IMG/VR virus record: IMGVR_UViG_3300034141_000061
Coordinates: 1 to 39,190 of that record
Length of the DNA stretch: 39,190 nt
Direction: 5' to 3' (one strand)
Source: a virus
The first letter of the stretch is position 1. Every line of letters begins with the position of its first letter. The notes under the pieces were generated by a model. The model was not told the DNA's origin and did no database searches. It saw only the letters and a list, made by a program, of their open reading frames with translations. The position numbers were made by a program, and so were the translations under genes. Of the stretch, positions 7,390 to 16,803 are shown one piece after another.

Positions 7390-10317
7390 ATGCTGCAGGA
7401 CCCTCTCCGCCAGAACGCCCCGACCGCGAGCGACGATGATCTGTCGGCCCTGGTCGAGCAGGGGCCGGTGTCCGGCCGCCTGGGCCGGGCCGTGGTCGCC
7501 CAAGAAGCCCAGATCACCGACCGGGTGCTGGGCTTCATCCAGAGCGACACGGAGCGGGCGTTCGACGCCGACCGCGCCGCCGTGTTCGGCGAGGCCTACC
7601 GCAACGAGCTGACGCCCGAGGAGGCGACGCAGCGATACGGCGTCGAGGGCTATCTGAAGTTTGACGGCCCGGTGAATGCGAACCGTGCCGCGGAAATGAA
7701 CCGGCAGGCGCAGATCCGCCGCTATCGCGAGGAGACCGCCTCCCGCGCCAATCTGAGCCCCCTGGAAACCATTGGGGCGTCAATCGTCGGCGGTGTGACC
7801 GACCCCGTGTTGCTGCCCACCTGGTTTATCGGCGGCGGCTCCGCCGCTCTCCGGGCCCTGAGAGTGGCGCCGGCGACGACCCGCGGCGCGCAGATCGGCC
7901 GAGGGGCGACCATGGGCCTGATCGACGGGGTGACCGGCGGTGCGGCGGCCGAGGCGATCAACTACAGCGCCCGCCGCTCGACCGGAGAGGATTACGACAT
8001 GGGTGACGCCCTGAGGAACATCCTCGTGGGTGGAGCCTTCGGCGCGACCGTCGGAGGCGCCGTCGGCGGCGTGGCCCCCCGCGCTCGCCCCCGCGGGCCC
8101 GTGGCCGACACCGTGGCCCGCATCGCCACCGAACAAGGCGAAAACGTCGACACCGCCTTGCGCATCGCCCAGATCGAAAGCCAGATGAACCCCCGGGCGC
8201 AGAACCGGCGCTCCAGCGCGGGCGGGCTGTTTCAATTCATCGACGACACATGGAAGGACTTTGGCGGGGGGAACAAGTACGACCCCGTGCTGAACGCCCG
8301 CAACGGCGTTCGTCTGCTGTCCCAAAACCGGGCCGGGCTGGGTCGCGCGCTTGGCCGGACGCCGGCCGAGTGGGAGCTGTATCTGGCTCACCAGCAGGGC
8401 CGCGAGGGCGCGTTCCAGTTGCTCCGCGATCCGAGCCGGCCCGCTGTCGACGCCCTGCGCGAGGCGGGCGTTCGCAATCCTGCGCGAGCCCTGGAGCTGA
8501 ACGGCGGGAGCCGGAACATGACGGCGGGGCAATTCGCCGGCATCTGGCAACGGAAATTCGGCGACACCGGGCCGTCACTGGCGGCCTTGAGCCCCAACCA
8601 GCCGCCGCCGGTGACGCGCGGGCTGACAGACAACGAACGGGTCGGCGCCTTTGCCGAGGCGCTGGAGGCGGCGGCCGAGGACGCGCCGCTGGATCTGGGC
8701 CCTCTGCTCGCTCGCAACGGGCTGGAGGCGCTGGACGAGGCGTCGGCGGTCCCCGCCATCCGGGGGGAGTGGCTGGAGACGGACGTGGCCGTCACGCGGA
8801 CGGGCGCGGAGATCCCGGTGCGGTTCGCCGTGGTGGAGCTGGACGACCTGATCACCAGCCATGGTGACGACCTGAGCGAGAACGCGGTCTATCCGCAGGC
8901 GCTGCAGCCGCGGGACCGTTCCCGGCCAGGCAGCGTGGCGGAAAACTACGAGCTGGAGCGGGACCTGAACCCCAAGCTGCTGATGCGCGACAAGGCGGCG
9001 TCGGCCGGCGCGCCCATCGTCGGCCCCGACGGCCTGGTAGAGAGCGGCAACGGGCGGACGATCGCCCTGAGGCGCAGCGCGCGGACCGGCACGGGGGCAT
9101 GGAGCCGCTATCGCGCCGAACTGCAGGCGCAGGGGATCGAGGCAGCGGGCTTCCGGCAGCCGGTGCTGGTGCGGATGCGGACACAGCCGATGACGGGCGC
9201 TGGACGCGCGGAGATGGCGGCGACCTTGAACCGTTCGCAGACCGAGGGCTACTCGCCGGTCGAACAGGCGATGGCGGACGCGCGTCGGCTAGACGCCGAC
9301 ACGGTGCGGATGATCGAGGGCGACGACCCGTTCGCGGCGTCGAACCGGCCGTTCCAGCGCGCTTTTCAGGAGAAGGTGGCGCCCGGCGACAAGGGCGTGA
9401 TCAGCGACGCGGACGGCGAGATCAACCCAGCGGGTCGCGAGCGGGTGCGCGCTGCCCTGGTGCAGGCGGCCTATGGCGACCGGGAGCTGACGGCTGCCCT
9501 GTTCGACACGGCCGACGAGACCCTGCTAGCGGTCGGCAACGCCCTCGCTGACGCGGCGCCCGCCTGGGCGCGGATGCGGGCGGAGGCGCCGCGTCATATC
9601 GACATGACCGAGAACCTGACCCAAGCGGTGCACCTGCTGCGCCACGCGCGCCAGTCGCGGGAGGCCACAGACAAGGTGCTGGCGCGCCTGCTGGCTTCGG
9701 AGGGTCTGCTGGACGGCGCGGCGGTCAGCCCGGAGACCGAGCTGTTCCTGCGCATGATGTTCCGTGACGAGGGCCTGATGCAGGCGCGCGGGGCGGAACG
9801 GCTGGGCTGGGCGTTGAAGACCTATGCACGGGCCGCCGGCGACGTCGCCGACGGGCCGAACCTGTTTGGAGAGATCGACAATGCGCAAACCATCGTCGCG
9901 CGGATCAGCGAAAGGCTCGGAACGGCCGAGGGCGCCGGCCGCAGCGGCCTCGCCTACGCCGGAGGCAGCGAACCGGGATGGACGACAAGAGAGGCTGCGC
10001 CTGCTGTCCTCGACCTTCGACCAGTTGAGCCTGTCGGCGACGGACCCGGCGGAGGCGGCGAACGACCGGAAGCTGGCGGACGCGGCGCACGACCTGGCGG
10101 ACCGGATGAGCCGCCGGTAAAACCCGACGCCGCTGCTCGCGTCCGAGCTTTGATCGACGCCGACCCTGAGCTTAAGGCCCTGGTGGCCGACACGGAGGCG
10201 CTGGCGGCGGTGTCCGGGGTGGAGCCGCCGCCGTTCGTTCCGTCCACAGAACCGTCCACGGTCGCGGAGGCTATCCGCGCGGCGGCCTTCTGCCTTGCGA
10301 CCGAAGCTGGCGTGTAG
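7390..10317 (+). CDS. Internal virion/ejection protein with lytic transglycosylase (SLT) domain
   Basis: 975 aa. RIAQIESQMNPRAQNRRSSAGGLFQFIDDTWKDFGG (about 8160-8270; Glu codon 8176-8178) fits the SLT pattern E-S...GL(M/F)Q...TW. This is the positional equivalent of T7 gp16. A second segment at about 8820-9100 (QPRDRSR ... ESGNGRTIALRRS) looks ParB/Srx-like. Confidence 0.8.
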   Translation: MLQDPLRQNAPTASDDDLSALVEQGPVSGRLGRAVVAQEAQITDRVLGFIQSDTERAFDADRAAVFGEAYRNELTPEEATQRYGVEGYLKFDGPVNANRAAEMNRQAQIRRYREETASRANLSPLETIGASIVGGVTDPVLLPTWFIGGGSAALRALRVAPATTRGAQIGRGATMGLIDGVTGGAAAEAINYSARRSTGEDYDMGDALRNILVGGAFGATVGGAVGGVAPRARPRGPVADTVARIATEQGENVDTALRIAQIESQMNPRAQNRRSSAGGLFQFIDDTWKDFGGGNKYDPVLNARNGVRLLSQNRAGLGRALGRTPAEWELYLAHQQGREGAFQLLRDPSRPAVDALREAGVRNPARALELNGGSRNMTAGQFAGIWQRKFGDTGPSLAALSPNQPPPVTRGLTDNERVGAFAEALEAAAEDAPLDLGPLLARNGLEALDEASAVPAIRGEWLETDVAVTRTGAEIPVRFAVVELDDLITSHGDDLSENAVYPQALQPRDRSRPGSVAENYELERDLNPKLLMRDKAASAGAPIVGPDGLVESGNGRTIALRRSARTGTGAWSRYRAELQAQGIEAAGFRQPVLVRMRTQPMTGAGRAEMAATLNRSQTEGYSPVEQAMADARRLDADTVRMIEGDDPFAASNRPFQRAFQEKVAPGDKGVISDADGEINPAGRERVRAALVQAAYGDRELTAALFDTADETLLAVGNALADAAPAWARMRAEAPRHIDMTENLTQAVHLLRHARQSREATDKVLARLLASEGLLDGAAVSPETELFLRMMFRDEGLMQARGAERLGWALKTYARAAGDVADGPNLFGEIDNAQTIVARISERLGTAEGAGRSGLAYAGGSEPGWTTREAAPAVLDLRPVEPVGDGPGGGGERPEAGGRGARPGGPDEPPVKPDAAARVRALIDADPELKALVADTEALAAVSGVEPPPFVPSTEPSTVAEAIRAAAFCLATEAGV

Positions 10318-10335
10318 GCGCCGCGAGTCGAGCAG

Positions 10336-10590
10336 ATGGAAAACGTTAACGCCCCGGCCCCCGTCCCCGCCGTCGGCCTGGTCCCGGACCAGATGCAGAT
10401 GGACTGCCCGGTCTGCGCGGTCAGCCATGTGCTGACGCGCGGTCTCGATTACGACGAGGACCCGTCCGGCGTGTGGCGCTGCACCGAGGCCGGCGGCTTC
10501 GTCGACACATACGAATGCGATTGCGGCGTGATGCTGACCTTCGCCTTCACCGTGACCCTCCTCCCCGCCCCGCAAAAGGCCGCCGCATGA
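10336..10590 (+). CDS. Small Cys-rich protein (possible zinc ribbon)
   Basis: 84 aa with a CPVC ... C ... CDC arrangement. ATGA overlap with the next gene; high GC3. Confidence 0.55.
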   Translation: MENVNAPAPVPAVGLVPDQMQMDCPVCAVSHVLTRGLDYDEDPSGVWRCTEAGGFVDTYECDCGVMLTFAFTVTLLPAPQKAAA

Positions 10591-13301
10591 CCCGCGCCTG
10601 TCACAGCCCCGTCCGCATGGCGACGGGCGACGCCTTCTCCGACGCCGAAATCGACGACATCCTGGACCGGCTGCTGCGCAAGGCGCAGCGCAAGGGCCAG
10701 GCCTTCGACCGGGCGGCCCTGAACGAGGCGGCGGCGGAGCTGACCCGCGAACAGCTGATGGGGGTGTTGACCGAGCGCCGCCTGAAGCTGGCGGGCGAGC
10801 GGGCCAAGGCGCGGCTGGACGTGGAGCTGACCGCCATGGGGCCTGCGATCGGAGACGAGGCCGACAAGCTGAAGGCCCTGAATGTCGGCAGCGAGCGGCA
10901 GGGACTGGGCGCGAGCTATTCCGTGGACGCCGACACCCGCGGCCGCACCATGGCGCTGTGGGGCGAACAGGAGCGGCTGCTGCGCGAGGCCGGGCTGATG
11001 GACCGGCTGACGGGCTTCAAGGTCGACGACGCGTTCGAGCTGAACATCCGGCGCGAGCGAGCGCGGTTGAACGGCCAGGCGATCGAGCCCACAGGCGACG
11101 CCGACGCCCTGAAGGTCGCCGAGATCATGAACATCGGGTCCGAGAAGGCCCGGTTGATGCAGAACGACGAGGGCGCCTGGATCGGACGGATCGAGGGCTA
11201 CCAGGGCCGCCAGATCCATGACCGGCTGCGCGTGTCAGGGGGGTTCTGGCGCGAATTCCAGAGCGGCGGCGTCGGCACCCTGGCGGACTTCAAGGGCGCC
11301 AGCCTGAAAGCCAGTCGAAAAGCGTTCCGCGAATGGCGGGACGAGATCAAGCCGCGGCTGGACGACCGGACGTTCGAGGGCATCGAGGCGCGCGATGTGG
11401 ACGAGGGTTGGCTGGACGACGCGAAGGCGTTGAAGGCGTCGGGCGCGATCGACGACGCGGGCGATGTCCGCGAGGTGTTTCTGTACCGCGCCTGGTTCGA
11501 CATCGTCAGCGGCAAGAGCGAGGGCTTGGGCGGAGCCGACGACATCGGCGACTTCCGCCCGCCGGCGTCCAAGGCCCGCAGCGTGTCGAAGTCGCGGGTG
11601 CTGCACTTCAAGACGCCCGACGACGCCCACGCCTATCACCAGAGGTTCGGCCGCGGCGCGCTTCTGGCCAACCATATGGCGGAGCTGGAGCGGGCCGCCG
11701 GAAACAGCGCCCTGATGCATCGCTGGGGCCCGGCGCCCGAAGCCGGGTTCCAGAACCGTCTTGCCGCCCTGCACGCCGAGGCGCGAGCCCGCGGAGATAC
11801 GGGCGCGGCCGACAAGCTGATGGCCGCTCAGCGTCGCGCCGAGTTTGAGGAGGTGGCGGGGTTGGGCAACGCGCCGGACAATATGCGCCTGGCAGTCATC
11901 GGCCGGTCGATACGGATGCAGCAGAGCCTGGCCAAACTGGGCGGCATGGTCCTGTCGGGCCTGTCGGACACCAGCCTTTCGGCGCAGGCGATGAAGCGGG
12001 CAGGCGCCGGGTTCCTGGACGGCTATTCCGGCGCTTTGGGCGGGATCGCGCGGATGCAATCGGCCGAGGGCAAGGCGGCGGCCGACCTTCTGGACGTCGG
12101 CGCCCGTTCGGCGGCGGCGCAGATCACGGGACGGTTCCACGCGGCGGACGGGCCGCTGGGCTGGACGGCGGCGATCCAGCGGACGTTCTACAAGGTCAAC
12201 CTGTTCCAGTACTGGCAGGACGGCCTGAGGCGCGGCGTCGGCGAGATGTACGCCGCCCACCTGGGAACCGAGGCTCGGCAGGGCTGGAGCGCCCTGCAGC
12301 CGGGCACGCGCGAGACCATGGAGCGGTATGGCATCGGCGAGGCCGACTGGGAGCTGGCGCGCCGCGGCCTGATCGACCCGGAGGTGAAGACCGAGGGGTT
12401 CCGCGGCCTCCGCGACGTCGAGACGGATGGCGACAACGGGCGCATGTATTTCACCTTCGAGGCGCTGGACGGCGTGTCGGACCGCGACCTGCTGAAGCGC
12501 GCGGGACTGGCGGGCGCGGAAGCAACGCCAGAGGCCGCGCGCCGGATCCGAGAAGACCTGCGCCTACGCTTTCAGGCCATGGTGACGGGCGTGCTGGACG
12601 ACGCCATGACCGAAGCGCGCGCCCGCGAGCGGGTGGCGCTGACGCGCGGCACGCGGCCGGGCACGGTGTGGGGCGAGGCGGTTCGCAGCTTCACCCAGTT
12701 CTGGAGCTTTTCCGCCGCGATCATGGGCCGCCACGTCATGCCGGCGGCGCGGGGATATTCGGGTGCCAAGCCCGTTGCCCTGCTGGGCCACCTGATCCTC
12801 GCCTCGACCGTGCTGGGCTATGCGTCCCTGCAGGCAAAGCAAATCGTCAAGGGCCGCGAGTTCCGCCCGCTGACAGATGACGAAGGCGAGTTTAAGGGCG
12901 GCGAGCTGTTCATGGCGAGCCTGCTGCAGGGTGGCGGGCTGGGCATCTATGGCGACTTTCTGTTCGGCGAGGCGAACCGGAACGGCCTCGGCTTCACGAT
13001 CGGGTCACTGGGCGGGCCCGCCGTCAGCGAGCTGGAGCGGCTGGCGACGATCATCCGCAAGACGGCCAGCGGCGACCCTGAGCAACTTGAGGACGTGCCG
13101 GCAGACATGATCAACGGCGTGAAGGCCAACACGCCGTTTCTGAACCTGTTCTATGTCAGAGCGGCGCTGGACTATCTGGTCTTCTACCGGATGCAGGAAG
13201 CGATCAGCCCCGGCAGCGTCGAGCGGTACGAAAAGCGGGTGGAGAAGGAAACCGGCGCCGGCTTTATCGTCAGCCCGTCGGAGAGCATCGGAGCCAGCTA
13301 G
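10587..13301 (+). CDS. Large virion/ejection protein with C-terminal hydrophobic segments
   Basis: 904 aa from ATG 10587 (ATGA overlap; the track start 10473 lies in Arg-rich sequence). C-terminal hydrophobic stretches are PVALLGHLILASTVLGYASL and FMASLLQGGGLGIYGDFLF. It lies between the SLT protein and the fibre genes. Confidence 0.5.
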   Translation: MTRACHSPVRMATGDAFSDAEIDDILDRLLRKAQRKGQAFDRAALNEAAAELTREQLMGVLTERRLKLAGERAKARLDVELTAMGPAIGDEADKLKALNVGSERQGLGASYSVDADTRGRTMALWGEQERLLREAGLMDRLTGFKVDDAFELNIRRERARLNGQAIEPTGDADALKVAEIMNIGSEKARLMQNDEGAWIGRIEGYQGRQIHDRLRVSGGFWREFQSGGVGTLADFKGASLKASRKAFREWRDEIKPRLDDRTFEGIEARDVDEGWLDDAKALKASGAIDDAGDVREVFLYRAWFDIVSGKSEGLGGADDIGDFRPPASKARSVSKSRVLHFKTPDDAHAYHQRFGRGALLANHMAELERAAGNSALMHRWGPAPEAGFQNRLAALHAEARARGDTGAADKLMAAQRRAEFEEVAGLGNAPDNMRLAVIGRSIRMQQSLAKLGGMVLSGLSDTSLSAQAMKRAGAGFLDGYSGALGGIARMQSAEGKAAADLLDVGARSAAAQITGRFHAADGPLGWTAAIQRTFYKVNLFQYWQDGLRRGVGEMYAAHLGTEARQGWSALQPGTRETMERYGIGEADWELARRGLIDPEVKTEGFRGLRDVETDGDNGRMYFTFEALDGVSDRDLLKRAGLAGAEATPEAARRIREDLRLRFQAMVTGVLDDAMTEARARERVALTRGTRPGTVWGEAVRSFTQFWSFSAAIMGRHVMPAARGYSGAKPVALLGHLILASTVLGYASLQAKQIVKGREFRPLTDDEGEFKGGELFMASLLQGGGLGIYGDFLFGEANRNGLGFTIGSLGGPAVSELERLATIIRKTASGDPEQLEDVPADMINGVKANTPFLNLFYVRAALDYLVFYRMQEAISPGSVERYEKRVEKETGAGFIVSPSESIGAS

Positions 13302-13308
13302 GCCTGCG

Positions 13309-13329
13309 CCGTCCCCCCCCTTTTCGGGC
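13309..13329 (+). repeat. C-rich 21-nt intergenic motif, copy 3: CCGTCCCCCCCCTTTTCGGGC
   Basis: Read directly. It ends 16 nt before ATG 13346 and is followed by GGGGGGAAAAA. Confidence 0.9.
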
Positions 13330-13345
13330 GGGGGGAAAAAGGGCC

Positions 13346-14005
13346 ATGACGACGGCTCCCGCTCCCTCGATCGGTTCTTCCGCGCTGGCAGGTTCGGCGG
13401 TCGGACCGTTCCCGACCGGTTTCAAGTACGGGACCCCGGAAGACGTGCGCGTCTGGCTCGAGCTGGCCGGCCTGCGTCAGCCTGACCTGACCCTGACCGC
13501 CGATTACACGCTTTCGGGCGCCGCTCCCCTGGTCGACGGCGGCACGATCACGCTTTCAGGGGCGCTAGTCCCGACCGGCGGATGGGCCGCGGGCGACCGC
13601 CTGGTGTGGGCGCGGCGGACCGTGAAGCGCCAGGCGCTCGCCCTCCCTGACGCTGAGGGGCACAAGCCGCGCGCGACGGAACAGGTGCTCGACAAGGTCA
13701 TGCGGGCCGCCGAGGAGCAAGCCGACCAGCAGGCTCTCGCCCTGACCGTCCCCGCCGGAGAGGATGGCCAGCAGCTTCCAACCGTCTCCCGCCGCCAGGG
13801 CCGCATGTTCGTCGGCGGAGCCGCCGGCGAGGCGCTGACGCTGCTGGAGGGGTCCGAGCAGGTTGTGACGCTGGACGCCGACGGCCGGGCCGTCCCCATG
13901 GCGCTGGTTCACGTGTTTGGCGCGATCGGCACCGACCTTTTCGACGACGGCTCCTGGCAGCCGACCGACGATCCTTCCGCAAACGATGATGGAGCTTGGG
14001 GCTGA
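13346..14005 (+). CDS. Tail fibre/tailspike adaptor protein candidate
   Basis: 219 aa, immediately upstream of the beta-helix tailspike gene and overlapping it (TGATG). Called on position only. Confidence 0.4.
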   Translation: MTTAPAPSIGSSALAGSAVGPFPTGFKYGTPEDVRVWLELAGLRQPDLTLTADYTLSGAAPLVDGGTITLSGALVPTGGWAAGDRLVWARRTVKRQALALPDAEGHKPRATEQVLDKVMRAAEEQADQQALALTVPAGEDGQQLPTVSRRQGRMFVGGAAGEALTLLEGSEQVVTLDADGRAVPMALVHVFGAIGTDLFDDGSWQPTDDPSANDDGAWG

Positions 14006-15654
14006 TGGCGCGACGTCGACTGCCGCGGACCACTGAAGACGCCCTGGTCGCCGCGCTGCTGCTGCGCGGCGAGATCGTCTATGACGAAACCGACGCACGC
14101 TTCCGCTATGGCGACGGCGCCACCGCAGGCGGCCTCAAACTGCCTCGGATGGGCGAGCGCGGGTTCACGACCAAGGCCGCGGCCGTGGCGGCTCGCCTGC
14201 CGGCCGTGCAGACGTCGCTGTTCCTGGAAGGCTTCTACGCCCCCGGCGACGGCGGCGAAGGCCCTTGGACCCGCTCCGCTGAAGAGCCGTCGCACGCGGC
14301 CAAATTCCAGACCGCCGACGGCGCCTGGTGGGCCTTCTCCGGTGAAGTCGTGGACGTCCGCCAGCTGGGCGCCAAAATCGACGGCCTGACCGACGGCACG
14401 GCCATCGTCAACGCCGCCCTGTCGCTGGGCCGCGAGGTGATCGTGCCGGGCCGCGTGTTGATCACCGGCGTGGTTACTGTGCCGGACCGGGCGAAGATCA
14501 GCGGCGCCGGTCACCGCCGCGGCTTCCTCGCCATGAGCGCGACCGGCCAGGTCAAGATGAGCGGGGCCGGCTACGCCTCCCGCATCGGATCGGCCGTGTT
14601 CCGCGACCTGGCGTTCGTCATGACCGACGACGTCACTTCGGTGTCGACGCCCGGCCTGCTGATCGAAAAGGCCGATCAGTGCGTCTGGGACAACTGTGTC
14701 TTCTACCATGTGCAGACGGTCATCGACACGCACCAGAACCACACCTTCACGCGATGCCGGTTCTTCGGCGGGATTGCCGGATCGCAGCTGATCAGCCGCA
14801 CCACCTTCCAGCCGGACGGCGGCCAGGGGATCAGCGAGTATCCGTCCTGGACCGACTGCTGGTTCAGCGGGCACCCGATCGACCTGATCGACACCGTCGA
14901 GCCGAAGTTCCACCACTGCCACCAGCTAGCGGGGGCGTTCGGCATCCGCAGCCGTCAGGTCAACGCGACGGGGACGGAAGACTATCCGTTCTTCACCGGC
15001 CCGATCATCGAGTTCTGCACGTTCGACAGCATCACCGGCCACGCCATCGACATCGAGAACGGCGGCGTCCACTGCCGCCTCGTCGGCAACTTCATCAGCG
15101 CCGGCCGATCGGGCGTCGTTGCGGGCGCCCGGCTGGCCAACTGCGCCGGGATGCAGGTGGTCGCCAACGAGTTCAACTGGTGCGGGATGCGCGGCATCAC
15201 GCTGGAAAACTGCGAGAACATCTCGTTCTCGACCAACCTGTTCATCAACATGATGGACGGGGCCGGCATCTGGATCGGCGGCGGATGCTCGGGCCTGTCG
15301 ATCATCGGCAACACCTTCCGCAACCGTCCCCTTTGGGGCGGCTCGGAAGAGGGTTTCACGACGCTGGCGATCGAGACGCCCGGCGGCAACCTCGAAAACA
15401 GCGTCGTCAGCGGCAACATCGTCGAGGGGATGACGAACGGCATCGCCCTCTATGTCGAGGGCACGGGCAACTACGTCCGCGACAACCCAGGCGTTCCCTC
15501 GACCGCCGAGCGGCCCATGCGCGCCGGCGTCTCCGCCAGCCGTCCGGCCGACCCGGTCAACGGACACTTCTACTTCGACACCACCCTTGGCCTGCCGATC
15601 TGGTGGGACGGCGTGGCGAACGAGTGGGTCAAGGCTGACGGGACGGCGGCCTGA
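14005..15654 (+). CDS. Tailspike with right-handed beta-helix (pectate-lyase-like) fold, probable polysaccharide depolymerase
   Basis: 549 aa. The N-terminal GFYAPGDGGEGPW ... VVDVRQLGAKIDGLTDGTAIVNAAL pattern is typical of pectate-lyase-type tailspikes. Periodic coil-like repeats are present (NCENISFSTNLFIN, LSIIGNTFRN, VVSGNIVEG). The start could instead be TTG 13996. Confidence 0.7.
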   Translation: MARRRLPRTTEDALVAALLLRGEIVYDETDARFRYGDGATAGGLKLPRMGERGFTTKAAAVAARLPAVQTSLFLEGFYAPGDGGEGPWTRSAEEPSHAAKFQTADGAWWAFSGEVVDVRQLGAKIDGLTDGTAIVNAALSLGREVIVPGRVLITGVVTVPDRAKISGAGHRRGFLAMSATGQVKMSGAGYASRIGSAVFRDLAFVMTDDVTSVSTPGLLIEKADQCVWDNCVFYHVQTVIDTHQNHTFTRCRFFGGIAGSQLISRTTFQPDGGQGISEYPSWTDCWFSGHPIDLIDTVEPKFHHCHQLAGAFGIRSRQVNATGTEDYPFFTGPIIEFCTFDSITGHAIDIENGGVHCRLVGNFISAGRSGVVAGARLANCAGMQVVANEFNWCGMRGITLENCENISFSTNLFINMMDGAGIWIGGGCSGLSIIGNTFRNRPLWGGSEEGFTTLAIETPGGNLENSVVSGNIVEGMTNGIALYVEGTGNYVRDNPGVPSTAERPMRAGVSASRPADPVNGHFYFDTTLGLPIWWDGVANEWVKADGTAA

Positions 15655-16049
15655 TGCAGCCGTGGAAAGGCCCGCTGCTGGAGATTTTCGCCGCCCTCTG
15701 GCATCGGCTGGAGCCGTGGCTGCCCGGCATCTTCGGCGCCATCGTGGCGCAGATGATCCGGCCCGGCCTGGGCGTGCGTCAGCGGTTCATCCAGTGGACC
15801 GTCAGCGTGATCGTGTTCCACTTCGTCAGCATCGCCCTGACCACGATCTTCCGCTGGCCCGACGCGATCTCCGACGTCGTCGGGTTCTTCATCGCCTTCA
15901 TCGCCTTCGAGGCCCTGCACGCCTGGCAGAAGGCAGCCGTCGAGGCCGGGGTCAGCATGATCAGCGGCCTGCCGGGCATCCTGAAAAACATCGCCGAAAG
16001 CTGGGGCAAGCGCCCCGGCACGCCGGCGTCACCGCCTGAAGGAGACTGA
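15654..16049 (+). CDS. Holin-like membrane protein
   Basis: 131 aa with a TGATG overlap. It has three hydrophobic segments (LLEIFAALW..., WTVSVIVFHFVSIALTTIF, VVGFFIAFIAFEAL) and sits immediately upstream of the endolysin. Confidence 0.6.
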   Translation: MQPWKGPLLEIFAALWHRLEPWLPGIFGAIVAQMIRPGLGVRQRFIQWTVSVIVFHFVSIALTTIFRWPDAISDVVGFFIAFIAFEALHAWQKAAVEAGVSMISGLPGILKNIAESWGKRPGTPASPPEGD

Positions 16050-16051
16050 AC

Positions 16052-16501
16052 ATGGGCCAGCGCCTCTCCGCCCACTTCACCCTCGCCGAGTTCACCACCA
16101 GCAACACGGCGGCCCGCAAAGGCATTCCGAACGTCGCGCCGCCGGAGATCTTCGACACCCTCGTGCTGACGGCCGACCGGATGGAGAAGGTCCGGGCCCT
16201 GCTGGGGAACAAGCCGATCCGCATCCTGTCCGGCTATCGCAGCCCGGCGGTCAACAAGGCGGTCGGCGGGTCGAAGAACAGCGCCCACATGACCGGCCAC
16301 GCCGTCGACTTCATCTGCCCGGAGTTCGGGTCGGCGGCCAAGGTGGCGAAGTTCCTGAGCCTGCACCTGACGGCCTATGACCAGATCATCGAGGAGTTCG
16401 GCGAGTGGGTTCACATCGGCTTTGGCCCTGGCCGGCGGATGCAGCTGCTGACCGCGCGCAAGGTGAACGGGCGCACGGTCTATAAGCCGGGGATTGGGTG
16501 A
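16052..16501 (+). CDS. Endolysin, peptidase M15 (VanY / L-Ala-D-Glu peptidase type)
   Basis: 149 aa with a GGAGA SD. FTLAEF ... SGYRSPAVNKAVGGSKNSAHMTGHAVDF ... EWVHIG gives the H...D...H zinc-ligand pattern of M15 cell-wall peptidases. Confidence 0.8.
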   Translation: MGQRLSAHFTLAEFTTSNTAARKGIPNVAPPEIFDTLVLTADRMEKVRALLGNKPIRILSGYRSPAVNKAVGGSKNSAHMTGHAVDFICPEFGSAAKVAKFLSLHLTAYDQIIEEFGEWVHIGFGPGRRMQLLTARKVNGRTVYKPGIG

Positions 16502-16803
16502 TGGCGCTGGGCGGCATCAAGGTGGGCGACAAGGTCGCGTGCATCGCCAACGGTGCTGAGCCGTGGTGGAAGCGCATCGGACGGCGCTGGCCCAAGGTCG
16601 CACGGGTCTATGAGGTCGAGGGACTGGCCTGGTGCGAAAGCAACGAGCTTAGCCTGAAGCTGATCGGTCTGAACCCCGGGCGCGGCAAGAGCTGGAAAGC
16701 TCGCTTCTTTCGGAAGGTGCAGCCGCGCGACCTCGACACATGGCTGGCGGCCGGCAAGACGGCCGAGGGTCCGGTCCGCAAACGACGGAAGGCCACAGCA
16801 TGA
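16498..16803 (+). CDS. Hypothetical protein in lysis cassette
   Basis: 101 aa (GTG 16498 or ATG 16501, overlapping the endolysin stop). ATGA overlap with the spanin gene. No recognisable motif. Confidence 0.6.
   Translation: MMALGGIKVGDKVACIANGAEPWWKRIGRRWPKVARVYEVEGLAWCESNELSLKLIGLNPGRGKSWKARFFRKVQPRDLDTWLAAGKTAEGPVRKRRKATA

Noticed and set aside
5977-7503. 508-aa minus-strand ORF, with similar long antisense or off-frame ORFs at 392..1129, 2519..3415, 9526..10575, 11235..12260, 27758..29152, 29282..31033, 35931..36833
   Set aside because: These ORFs have Arg/Pro/Gly/Ala-dominated, low-information composition typical of non-coding frames in high-GC DNA. Each lies entirely opposite or out of frame to a + strand gene with recognisable motifs or coherent operon structure.
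13309-13340. C8-TTTTCGGGC-G6 hairpin as an intrinsic terminator after the 904-aa gene
   Set aside because: The hairpin is followed by AAAAA rather than a T/U tract on the + strand. The C-rich arm is the conserved motif seen at four other junctions that lack the G-run, so the motif interpretation is preferred.
13346-15654. Diversity-generating retroelement acting on the fibre/tailspike genes (as in some temperate T7-like podophages)
   Set aside because: No reverse transcriptase-like ORF is present anywhere in the window, and I could find no template/variable repeat pair matching the 3' end of the fibre genes.
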